A DNA stretch of 64,000 nucleotides from an uncultured Singulisphaera sp. (GTDB lineage: Bacteria > Planctomycetota > Phycisphaerae > Phycisphaerales > SM1A02). The stretch lies in the NCBI GenBank assembly GCA_964355975.1, contig CAYHFW010000007.1, forward strand, positions 27,165 through 91,164, read 5' to 3'. Positions 37,934-46,364 of the stretch are shown piece after piece. A program made the position numbers and the translations under genes. Each line of letters begins with the position of its first letter. Position 1 is the stretch's first letter. The notes beneath the pieces are model-generated. The model had not been told where the DNA came from. It searched no databases and saw only the letters and a list, made by a program, of their open reading frames with translations.

Positions 37934-38007
37934 TCGTTTGCGAGTGTCCGAGTCTAACAAACGATCGTTTCTTAGTCAATCTGGCTCGCAAACGATCGTT
38001 TCTTAGT
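37934..38007. promoter_or_regulatory. Operator-like array: two 19-bp direct repeats, each with a perfect 12-bp palindrome, plus an inverted half-site
   Basis: caaacgatcgtttcttagt occurs at 37958-37976 and 37989-38007, a 31-bp periodicity. The core AAACGATCGTTT is palindromic. tcgtttgcgag (37934-37944) is the reverse complement of 37986-37996. The array starts 14 nt upstream of the Fic start. Confidence 0.55.
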
Positions 38008-38269
38008 GGATGCGCGCCAAAGAACGGCAGCGACCGAAGAGAATCACGACAACCCGCAGCGCAGGCGTGCTGAAAGCCCCAATTCGGCGCGAGCCCACGC
38101 GGCGTTATCAATCCAACAAACACCCCCTTCCTGTCGCCTGTTGCAACGCGATCCCTGAGGGATGTTTTTTTCGAAGCAAACCGAGGTTGATGTCCGTACA
38201 GACTGCTGGGTTGTCCCTTGGAGTCATTCCGGTCACTCGCGCGGCGTGCGAGTTCTATAGGAGTATCGC

Positions 38270-41200
38270 ATGAAGAACAATGAGGCCTGCGCACGCGACA
38301 ATATGAACGACTGCCGATCGCATCTGGGGTTTGTTGCGTGCGTCGCTGGCATCGTGCTGGCGGCTGGCCAGAATGCGATCGCGACGACGATTCATGTGCC
38401 GGGTGACCACGCAGACATTCAGTCGGCCATCACCGCGAGTCAGAATGGTGACACCATCGTGATTGCTGCGGGAACGTATGCGCCAACCGCAACGCTCAAC
38501 ACGAATGGAAAGGCGATCACAATTCGTGGTGCCACGAATCCCAACGGCACTCCTGCGACGGTGCTTGATGGAATGAACAGCAGGCGCGTCTTGCACTGCA
38601 TCACATACGAGGGGCCGAGCACGGTCTTCGAGAACCTGTTGATCACGCGCGGACGTTCGAGTTCTGGTGGCGGGATGTATGTGGATCACGCGAGTCCAAC
38701 TCTCACGAACTGCGTGTTCGAAGCCAACACTGCGACGAGCGACGGCGGCGGGCTTTTCTTGTATCAGTGCAGCCCGTCCATCACCAACTGCGCTTTCAAG
38801 TCGAACACCGCAGGCGTCTTCTGCGGCGGGTTGGTTCTGCTCTCCGCCACCCCCACGATCACCAACACAGTGTTCTGCGCCAACACTGCAACCTACACCC
38901 CTCAGATTTACGGATCGTCTTGGATCGACGGCGGCGGCAACTGTTTCGCATTCTCGTGCGCCGACTCTGATGGAGATGGCCGACCGACCGAGTGCAGTTC
39001 TGTGGGTGATGGCATCCATCATGTGCCATCGGAGTATTCCACGATCGAAGCCGCGCTTGCTGCGGCGGGAAACGGAGATGTCATTGCGATTGCTGCGGGC
39101 ACCTACGCACCAATCGCGACATTGAGCACGATGGGAAAGACTGTCACGCTGCGCGGCGCGACGAACGCAGACGGCTCGCTCGCAACGGTGATCGACGGCA
39201 TGAGCAACAAACGTGTTCTCATCTGCGACAACTGCGAAGGACCCGACACGATCTTTGAGAATCTCGTGATCACACGGGGATACTCTTCTGAGGGCAGCGG
39301 GATGAGCTTGCGCTACGCGAGCCCCACGATCACCAACTGCGCGTTCAAGAGCAATACCGCGACCAGTTCTGGCGGCGGGCTCTGGTTGCACGATTCGAGC
39401 CCCACGATCACTCGCACTGTGTTCTGCGGCAACGCCGCGTACTACTCGCCGCAGATCAACGGTACATCTTGGATCGACGGCGGCGACAACTGCTTCGCAT
39501 TCTCTTGCGCGGACTCTGACGGTGATGGCTGGCCAGACAAGTGCGGGTCGGTCGGCGATGGAATTCACCAGGTTCCATCGGAGTTTGCCACCATCGAAGC
39601 AGCGCTCGCTGCCGCGGGTCACGGAGATGTGATCGAGATCGCTGCGGGCACCTACGCGCCAGTTGCGACGTTGAACACGATGGGCAAGACGATCACGATG
39701 CGTGGTGCGAGACACCCAGACGGTTCACCTGCAACAGTGATTGACGGAGTGAATAACAAGCGAGTGCTCGAGTGCGTCACCTTCGAAGGATCGAACACGA
39801 TCTTTGAGAATCTCGTGATCACACGGGGCATGGCGCTCGCCGGCGGCGGGATGTACCTCTTGCGCTCTGACCCCACCATTACGAACTGCCTCTTCGAATC
39901 GAACCGCGCGACCAGCACTGGCGGCGGCGGGCTCTCTGCGCACGACTCGCACAGCACCATCACCGATTGCGTGTTCAGAGCAAACACATCCACCTATTCT
40001 CCTGGCGGCGGGATGCGGCTCTCTTCATCGAATCCGACCATCGTCAACTGCGCGTTCGAATCAAATGCGGCCGAAGAGGGTGGCGGCGGGATGTATCTGT
40101 CGCCTCCCACTTCGAGTTCAACCCCCAGTTCAGCCCCAACGATTGTCAACACCGTGTTCTGCGGCAACACCGGATCGCTCTCACCGCAGATTTACGGCGT
40201 GACTTGGATCGACGGCGGCGACAACTGCTTCACATTCTCTTGCACCGATTCTGATGGCGATGGCCGACCAGACAAATGCGAACCTGTGGGTGATGGCATC
40301 CACCATGTGCCGGTGGAGTACCCCACCATCGAGGCGGCACTCGCTGCGGCGGGCAACGGCGATGTCATTGAGATTGCTGCGGGCACATACGCGCCAATCG
40401 CGCCGCTGAACATGATGGGCAAGGCGGTCACACTGCGCGGCGCGACACATGCTGATGGCTCGCCTGCGACTGTGATTGACGGGTTAGGCAACAAGCGCGT
40501 CTTCGTGTGCGACAATTCTGAAGGGGCTGCGACGGTGTTTGAGAATCTGGTGATCACTCGCGGCACTTCGCTCTTCGGCGGCGGGATGTACCTGCGTTCC
40601 GCCGACCCGACCATTACCAACTGTCTGTTCAAGTCGAACGTAACGACCCAGTACGGCGGTGGGCTGTATCTGAGTGCGGCAAATCCAACGATCGCGCGCT
40701 GCGTGTTCGAGTCGAACACGGCTGGCGGCGGTTGGGGCAGTGGCGCTGGGGTGTATCTGAACGGCGCAAGCCCGACGATTTCACACTGTGTTTTCAAGTC
40801 GAACTCTGCGACCTATCGCGGCGGGGCGATGTTTATGAACGGCGCGAATCCGATCATCACACACTGCGTGTTCGAAGCCAATGTGCACAGCGGCAGCATC
40901 AACGGCGGCGGCGGCGGCGGCGCGATGTTCGCGTACTCCCCGCATGCCACCATCGCACATTGCGTCTTCACACGCAACACAGCGACCACTTCTGGCGGGG
41001 CGATGTACTTGTACTCAACCGTTGCCACCACCACCATCAGCAACACAGTGCTCTGCGACAACGCAGCGCCAACTGCGCCGCAAGTGTTCGGCACGAATTG
41101 GATCGACGGCGGAGGCAACTGCATCAACGATGTGTGCACTGCGTGTGACGCAGACGGCGATGGCATCTACACGCCCGTTGATAATTGCCCCACGATGCCG

Positions 41201-41485
41201 AATGAATCGCAAGCGGATTGCGACGATGATGGCGTGGGCGATGTGTGCCAAATCGCCGACGATCCTTCAGCTGATCAAGACGGCGATGGCGTTCCCGACA
41301 CTTGTGAGTACGCGTACGGCGACTTCACGCTCGACGGAGTGATCAACAGCAGCGACATGGCGTGGATCTTCGCCGCGTGGGGATTGACTTGGCATCCGCG
41401 GTTTGACCTCGACGGCAACGGCATCATCGGCGGAGGCGATCTCACTGCGATCCTCTCGCGGTGGGGTCCGGTGCCGCCGTATTGA
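38270..41485 (+). CDS. Large secreted beta-helix / Pmp-type repeat protein with dockerin-like C-terminus
   Basis: Signal-like N-terminus. Four modules each start IH(V/H/Q)VP...TIEAALAAAG.GDVI.IAAGTYAP and contain repeated F..N....GGG(L/M) segments. They are linked by CF(A/T)FSC.DSDGDG(R/W)P. The C-terminus has Asp-rich Ca-binding-like repeats and DFTLDGVINSSDMAWIFAAWG / DLDGNGIIGGGDLTAILSRWG. Confidence 0.85.
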   Translation: MKNNEACARDNMNDCRSHLGFVACVAGIVLAAGQNAIATTIHVPGDHADIQSAITASQNGDTIVIAAGTYAPTATLNTNGKAITIRGATNPNGTPATVLDGMNSRRVLHCITYEGPSTVFENLLITRGRSSSGGGMYVDHASPTLTNCVFEANTATSDGGGLFLYQCSPSITNCAFKSNTAGVFCGGLVLLSATPTITNTVFCANTATYTPQIYGSSWIDGGGNCFAFSCADSDGDGRPTECSSVGDGIHHVPSEYSTIEAALAAAGNGDVIAIAAGTYAPIATLSTMGKTVTLRGATNADGSLATVIDGMSNKRVLICDNCEGPDTIFENLVITRGYSSEGSGMSLRYASPTITNCAFKSNTATSSGGGLWLHDSSPTITRTVFCGNAAYYSPQINGTSWIDGGDNCFAFSCADSDGDGWPDKCGSVGDGIHQVPSEFATIEAALAAAGHGDVIEIAAGTYAPVATLNTMGKTITMRGARHPDGSPATVIDGVNNKRVLECVTFEGSNTIFENLVITRGMALAGGGMYLLRSDPTITNCLFESNRATSTGGGGLSAHDSHSTITDCVFRANTSTYSPGGGMRLSSSNPTIVNCAFESNAAEEGGGGMYLSPPTSSSTPSSAPTIVNTVFCGNTGSLSPQIYGVTWIDGGDNCFTFSCTDSDGDGRPDKCEPVGDGIHHVPVEYPTIEAALAAAGNGDVIEIAAGTYAPIAPLNMMGKAVTLRGATHADGSPATVIDGLGNKRVFVCDNSEGAATVFENLVITRGTSLFGGGMYLRSADPTITNCLFKSNVTTQYGGGLYLSAANPTIARCVFESNTAGGGWGSGAGVYLNGASPTISHCVFKSNSATYRGGAMFMNGANPIITHCVFEANVHSGSINGGGGGGAMFAYSPHATIAHCVFTRNTATTSGGAMYLYSTVATTTISNTVLCDNAAPTAPQVFGTNWIDGGGNCINDVCTACDADGDGIYTPVDNCPTMPNESQADCDDDGVGDVCQIADDPSADQDGDGVPDTCEYAYGDFTLDGVINSSDMAWIFAAWGLTWHPRFDLDGNGIIGGGDLTAILSRWGPVPPY
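38390..41130 (+). repeat. Four tandem intragenic modules (about 550-830 bp each) inside the 38270 gene
   Basis: In the translation, module starts fall at aa 41, 249, 432 and 677. These correspond to nt ~38390, 39014, 39563 and 40298. Long identical peptide blocks occur between modules. Confidence 0.7.
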
Positions 41486-41495
41486 GAGCCGACAT

Positions 41496-41563
41496 CGCAA
41501 CACACCGCGCGACCCACTTCGCGGTGAAAATGTGTCCTCATGAGGGCGCTTTCTCACCGCCAA
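41496..41563 (+). repeat. Copy B of the ~65-bp dispersed intergenic repeat (copy A at 3994-4056)
   Basis: See copy A. It lies between the two convergent large genes and includes the perfect palindrome cctcatgagg (41536-41545). Confidence 0.55.
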
Positions 41564-41604
41564 GTGCCGAATCTGTCTCGATGATTACGAAGACGCGGTC
41601 GTCG

Positions 41605-44382
41605 TCAAGGGAAGCAAGTGCCCCAGTTCACAAGCACCCACACGAGGTCGCCGCCATCGACGATGCTGTCGTGATTGACGTCGGCAGCGCCTGTCGGAAG
41701 ATCTGCGCTTCCCCACGCGCCCAGAAGAACCGCAAGATCACCTGGTCCCACCATTCCATCAACGATGATGTCGCCGAGGCATTCGCAGACCTCATTGCCT
41801 GCGAGGTTCTCCCACGGACCTGAGATGTTCGGCGCCGGAGAATTTCCGCACACGACACTGCCTGACAACGATGTCGCGATGGCGCCGTTGGGCACGATCG
41901 CAATTCCGCCTTTGTGTTTTGCGGCAGTGTTGTCCTTGACTTCAGAGTCGACGATTTCGAGGCTCGCCTGCGCGTCGCCACCAGGAACCCATGACACGCC
42001 TCCGGCGAGGTTGTTCGAGAAGTTGGTGCGGACGGTCGTTTGCACGAGCGAAGGAGTTCCTTCGACGAGATGCAATCCGCCGCCACGACCGTTCGTGTAG
42101 TTGTTCTCAACGAACGAACCGATCACGCCAACGCTTCCGCCATAGATCTGGATGCCACCGCCGTCGCTCGATGCGCGGTTGTTGCGCACTATGCAATTCT
42201 CGATCGAACCGGTCGAATACCGGAAGTAGATTCCTGCGCCGAATCCAGCTTCGTTGAGTTCGATCACGCAATTGCGCAGGCTCGCCGCGGAATTCAATGC
42301 GAAGACTCCACCACCGACGAGTGCCGAAGGCAGCGAAGGAAGTGGAGTGCCCGTGAGTCCGCCACGAATCGTCACACCTTCGAGCGCTGATGATGCAGGT
42401 TCGCCGCCGGTGAATGCGACGACCGAGGTCGTGACACCACCGGATCCATCGATGATCGTCTGACCTGCGCCCGCGCCACGCACAACGACGTTGCGCCCAC
42501 CGAACGAGATCGGCCCGGCGAATGTGCCGGAACCAAGCGAGACGAGGCGAAACTCTCCCGCTGGAGTCGCATCGATCGCAAATTGCACGCTCTTGTAATC
42601 GCCAGGAACTGTCACCGACTGGCACTCATCGGGTGTGCCGTTGTTGTCAGAGTCTGCGCACGAGGCGACGATGCAGTTTCCGCCGGCGTCCGAGACAGCG
42701 CCCGACCACGCGGGAATGCCGCTTCCACAGACCGACGTCGAGGCGAGCGTGATCGACGCGGCAGCCGTCACAAGAATCGCGGGATTGAACGTGCCGGGGG
42801 CATCCACATCCCCACGGATAGCGCAGGCGGTCGTGGTCACGCTTGTGCCAACGCCATCGACGCGCAACGCGTGCCCCCCCGCAGCGCAGAGGTTCCCGTC
42901 GAATGTGCAACCGTTGATGGCGCTCGTGCCGTTCAGTGCGATCAGGACGGCTCCTCCCGAATTCGACGCACGATTCCCCGCAAAGGAGCACGAGCTCAAC
43001 ACCGACGAGTTGTAGGCGTACAAGTTGAGTGCCCCGCCGAGCGTTGCCTCATTGCCGACGAACGAGCATGACCCAAGATTCGTGGAGCCGAAGGCCTGAA
43101 AGTAGCCGCCGCCTTGCCCCGCCGAAGAGTTGTCAATGAACTGGCAGTTGGCCACCGTGGCACTCGTGCGATCGACATTAACAGCGCCGCCGTAGCCCGC
43201 AGCAACATTGGACTGGAATGTGCAGCCGGCGAGGGTTGCGGCACCAGCCCAGCCACTGAGTTTGATGGCGCCACCATCGCCAGTCGCCGTATTGCCGACG
43301 AACGAGCAATTGGAAGTCGCCAAGTGCTGTTGCCTCCCACCAAACTCTTGCGCAGTTGCGCCACCGGACCCTGATGTCGCTGAGTTCCCAGTGAACGTGC
43401 ATCCGATCATCGTCAGCGGCTGGTTCATCATTGTGTAAATCGCGCCGCCCGATTGCGCCGAGTTGTTGGTGAAGGTGCAGTTCGTCACCGTCGTGTTGAT
43501 TGCCGCCGCTGCATACTCGACCGACGCGCCTCCAAGATGGATGGCCGCCCCGTTGCCACTGGAGATGGTGTTGCCTGTGAAAGAGCAGCCCTCCACTGAA
43601 AGTTCATTCACTTCGCCAATGGTCGGTGCGCCGAGATTGGCGTAAATGCATCGCCCAACAATGTTCTGGAATGTGCAGTTGACTATCCGCATGGGATATG
43701 TGTCTGTTGACGCGTCTCCGTCCCTGAGCGAGATGCAGTCACCCATGCAGTCGATGAAGGTGCAACCGAGAATGACCATGTCCGCGGGCAGGCTGCCTCC
43801 AGGCCAGTACAGCAGCGGCTTATTGCACCGTACAAACGAGCAGTTTGAGATCGTGGTGTCACGCTGCATGTACACAGCACTCCAAAACACCGTATTGCAA
43901 TCCACGAACTCAGTGTTGTCGAGCGGCTCTTCCTCTGGGAAGAAGTTGCCGGTGCAGTTGACGACTCGGCATCCCGTGAAGGTGGTTCGCAAGTTGGAGC
44001 CACCGACTCCGTTCAGGGATAGGTCAGCGAATCGGATGCGTGCGAAATCCCAGTGACCATTGGCAATGACTCCTTCGCCAGACACGACTGGCACAACGGT
44101 GCAAGTAGCGATTCCGCTACCCCTGATCACAATCGATGACTGGGACGCGCTCAGAATGCGCGCTGCCCAAGTCCCTGGTCCGAGCACGATCTCAGCGGAT
44201 GTGTTTGCGCACACCATCGCCACCGCATCATTGATGCTCGCGGCGTCTTCGGGCACCCGAATCAGGCTTGGGCATCCACCCGCTGCGGCCTGTGACGCGG
44301 CGACGCCGATCACCACGAGCATCGCTGCTCGCAGGCTTTTCCTCCCACACTGAAAGCGTCCATCGGAAGGGCTCAACATCAT
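41605..44382 (-). CDS. Large secreted Pmp-type (GGA / FxxN) repeat beta-helix protein with dockerin-like C-terminus
   Basis: Signal-like N-terminus. A run of FTNNSAQSGGAIY, FTGNSATSGSGGA, FVGNTATGDGGAI, FQSNVAAGYGGAV, FIDNSSAGQGGG, FVGNEATLGGAL and FAGNRASNSGGAV. C-terminal DIIVDGMVGPGDLAVLLGAWG and DVNHDSIVDGGDLVWVLVNWG. Confidence 0.85.
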   Translation of the reverse strand: MMLSPSDGRFQCGRKSLRAAMLVVIGVAASQAAAGGCPSLIRVPEDAASINDAVAMVCANTSAEIVLGPGTWAARILSASQSSIVIRGSGIATCTVVPVVSGEGVIANGHWDFARIRFADLSLNGVGGSNLRTTFTGCRVVNCTGNFFPEEEPLDNTEFVDCNTVFWSAVYMQRDTTISNCSFVRCNKPLLYWPGGSLPADMVILGCTFIDCMGDCISLRDGDASTDTYPMRIVNCTFQNIVGRCIYANLGAPTIGEVNELSVEGCSFTGNTISSGNGAAIHLGGASVEYAAAAINTTVTNCTFTNNSAQSGGAIYTMMNQPLTMIGCTFTGNSATSGSGGATAQEFGGRQQHLATSNCSFVGNTATGDGGAIKLSGWAGAATLAGCTFQSNVAAGYGGAVNVDRTSATVANCQFIDNSSAGQGGGYFQAFGSTNLGSCSFVGNEATLGGALNLYAYNSSVLSSCSFAGNRASNSGGAVLIALNGTSAINGCTFDGNLCAAGGHALRVDGVGTSVTTTACAIRGDVDAPGTFNPAILVTAAASITLASTSVCGSGIPAWSGAVSDAGGNCIVASCADSDNNGTPDECQSVTVPGDYKSVQFAIDATPAGEFRLVSLGSGTFAGPISFGGRNVVVRGAGAGQTIIDGSGGVTTSVVAFTGGEPASSALEGVTIRGGLTGTPLPSLPSALVGGGVFALNSAASLRNCVIELNEAGFGAGIYFRYSTGSIENCIVRNNRASSDGGGIQIYGGSVGVIGSFVENNYTNGRGGGLHLVEGTPSLVQTTVRTNFSNNLAGGVSWVPGGDAQASLEIVDSEVKDNTAAKHKGGIAIVPNGAIATSLSGSVVCGNSPAPNISGPWENLAGNEVCECLGDIIVDGMVGPGDLAVLLGAWGSADLPTGAADVNHDSIVDGGDLVWVLVNWGTCFP

Positions 44383-44571
44383 CGCTACTCCTTAACATGT
44401 GGGATCAGTCACGAAACGAACTCGAGTCAGCCCAAACCACGCGGGCGCTACCCGTACCAAGCGACGCTCAACACAACTTGGGGCAATCTAAATCTGCGGT
44501 CGAGATCGGCTTGTCTGCGCTCGGCAGGCGTGTCTTCTGCTGCGGCAGATCCAGAATGCGCCGCTTCTTGC

Positions 44572-44599
44572 TTGACTTCCATATCAATGTCGATATAAT
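44572..44599 (+). promoter_or_regulatory. Near-consensus sigma70 promoter of higBA with embedded inverted repeat
   Basis: TTGACT (44572-44577), 16 nt spacer, TATAAT (44594-44599). The higB ATG is at 44606, only 6 nt after the -10 element. The inverted repeat ATATC-n6-GATAT (44581-44596) spans the spacer and -10. Confidence 0.65.
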
Positions 44600-44605
44600 G
44601 CTTCC

Positions 44606-44941
44606 ATGCTTCGTCCCATCCATTGGCTCGGGTCATCACTGGATGACATCCGCGCGATGCCGGAGCATGCTCGGCGAGACATCGGCGCCGAGCTCACGCT
44701 TGTGCAAGGCGGAGACCGACCAACCGACTGGAAGCCGATACGCGCAGTCGGCGTTGGCGTGATGGAGATTCGAGTCCATCGCCCTGGCGAATACCGCGTG
44801 ATGTACGTGGCAAAGTTTGCCGAGGCCGTCTACGTCCTGCACGCTTTCCGTAAGAAGTCCCAGCGAACCCTGAAGTCCGACCTCGACCTCGCCCAACGCC
44901 GATACGCGCAAATGCTCGCCCTCCGGCGTGGCAAGCACTGA
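44606..44941 (+). CDS. higB: HigB-like toxin (RelE/ParE superfamily, Gp49/DUF891-type)
   Basis: IHWLGSSLDDIRAMPEHARRDIGAELTLVQGGDRPTDWKPIRAVGVGVMEIRV...YRVMYVAKFAEAVYVLHAFRKKSQRT matches the Gp49-like toxin pattern. Confidence 0.85.
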   Translation: MLRPIHWLGSSLDDIRAMPEHARRDIGAELTLVQGGDRPTDWKPIRAVGVGVMEIRVHRPGEYRVMYVAKFAEAVYVLHAFRKKSQRTLKSDLDLAQRRYAQMLALRRGKH

Positions 44942-44954
44942 ACAAGGAGATCCA

Positions 44955-45299
44955 ATGCCAACCCGCAATTCAACCACCAAACGCGCTGCCAAGCGATCCC
45001 CGCAACATCGAGTTACGAAGAGCAGCGGCAATGTCTTTTTGGATCTCGGCTTTCCGCCGCTTGAGTCCGCAAGTCTGCAGTTGCGCGCACGACTGATGGC
45101 GGAGTTGATTCGCATCATCCGTTCACGCAAACTCACACAAGCATCGGTGGCGCGCATGCTCGGTGTGAGCCAGCCCCGCGTAAGCGATCTCATGTGCGCC
45201 AAGGTCGACAAGTTCTCGAGCGACGCCCTCGTTGAGATGCTTGCGTTGGTCGGGATCGAACTCGAGGTCACACCGCACGCCGCGCGGCGGGTGGCGTGA
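44955..45299 (+). CDS. higA: HigA-like XRE-family antitoxin
   Basis: AAGGAGA RBS at 44944-44950 and ATG at 44955. SGNVFLDLGF...RSRKLTQASVARMLGVSQPRVSDLMCAKVDKFSSDALVEML is an HTH_XRE pattern. Confidence 0.85.
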   Translation: MPTRNSTTKRAAKRSPQHRVTKSSGNVFLDLGFPPLESASLQLRARLMAELIRIIRSRKLTQASVARMLGVSQPRVSDLMCAKVDKFSSDALVEMLALVGIELEVTPHAARRVA

Positions 45300-45355
45300 A
45301 ACAACAGGACCAGCGACGCTCACCACCAATTGGGCAAGAACATGGCAGTCTGTTT

Positions 45356-45586
45356 TCACTCGCGAGATTGGCTTGATTCCTGCTCGATGGGAGTATTTTC
45401 TGCTGCTGCACGATTCGCGACCAACAGCGAGAGAATGTCGTAGACGATCGGATCGCCTTCCGGAAACTGCTTGGTGAGTCGCGCGTGCCAAATGCCACTC
45501 GGCTCGTGTCGAAGCAGTTCGAAGTGCCGTTGGATCACATCCCAACGCGCGGTGTCAACGTTTGATTCATGAGTCTCAGTCTTCAT
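45356..45586 (-). CDS. Small ORF resembling the pre-kinase N-terminal module of ECF-linked Ser/Thr kinases (possibly a gene remnant)
   Basis: 76 aa, overlapping the sigma-factor gene by 11 nt. ARWDVIQRHFELLRHEPSGIWHARLTKQFPEGDPIVYDILSLLVAN follows the W..I...F..L....R...L.....D......LL pattern seen at the N-termini of such kinases. No kinase domain follows. Confidence 0.4.
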   Translation of the reverse strand: MKTETHESNVDTARWDVIQRHFELLRHEPSGIWHARLTKQFPEGDPIVYDILSLLVANRAAAENTPIEQESSQSRE

Positions 45587-46169
45587 CAGGTCCTCCAGAA
45601 TGGTCTTCAGTCGTCCGTGGTTTCAGGCCCAGGACAGTGAGTTCTCGATGCAACCACGCGCGTGCAAACGCCCAGTCGCTCTTCACAGTTCGTTCCGATA
45701 CGCCGAGGCATTCCGCTACTTGTGCCACCGACATCATTCCAACAAATCGAAGCCATGCGACCGCCGCGGGGCGCGGGGCCAGGCGATCGAGGCGATCGAG
45801 CGCGTCGATGATCTGCTCAGTGACGAGCCCATCAGTCGGCGAGAGATCAGTCAATCCGATTCTGCTCGGATCCAGCGTGATGTTCGCGAGCAGCGCAGCT
45901 TCACGCTCGTGATGGCGCAGTCGCTGTCGCTTGCGCCCCGCATCGATGATGATCTGCCCCATCATTCGCACCAACGATCCAAAGAGGTGTGCGCGATTGT
46001 CGAAGCTCGCGCCTCCCATCTTGAGATAGAGCTCATGCACCAACACCGTGGTATCGATTGGCCGTGAGGCACCTTGACCACTCAACACCCCTCGCGCCAA
46101 ACGCTTCACCTCTGAATAGACCTCACTCCAAAGTCGGCTGATCGCCGTCGGATCTCCAGCACGATGCAC
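45576..46169 (-). CDS. ECF-type sigma-70 family factor (kinase-associated type)
   Basis: Region 2 (TTVLVHELYLKM...FDNRAHLFGSLVRMMGQIIIDAGRKRQ) and region 4 HTH (MSVAQVAECLGVSERTVKSDWAFARAWL). Confidence 0.85.
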   Translation of the reverse strand: MHRAGDPTAISRLWSEVYSEVKRLARGVLSGQGASRPIDTTVLVHELYLKMGGASFDNRAHLFGSLVRMMGQIIIDAGRKRQRLRHHEREAALLANITLDPSRIGLTDLSPTDGLVTEQIIDALDRLDRLAPRPAAVAWLRFVGMMSVAQVAECLGVSERTVKSDWAFARAWLHRELTVLGLKPRTTEDHSGGPDED

Positions 46170-46364
46170 GAACAGAAGTTCGTCGATGACCTGCTGCCTG
46201 TGTTGTTGGGTTGAAAACTCTGTCAGGTTGCCTCCGAGCTGACCCCTGCGTGTCCGCCTCGCACAATATCAAGCGACGCTGCATCTCGTACGGGGCAATC
46301 GATCTCACAATTCGTACGATTCGGCTGCGGAGGTCGCGTCGACCATCGCAAGACTGCTGCCACC

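Noticed and set aside
34195-38269. Integrase, transposase or attR repeat that would define a bona fide tRNA-linked genomic island
   Set aside because: No recombinase-like ORF and no second copy of the tRNA 3' end were found by eye. The island interpretation stays an inference.
38255-39715. 486-aa minus-strand ORF
   Set aside because: It is entirely antisense to the well-supported 1071-aa repeat protein. Its composition is Arg/Ala/Val-rich with no motifs, a typical high-GC antisense artefact.
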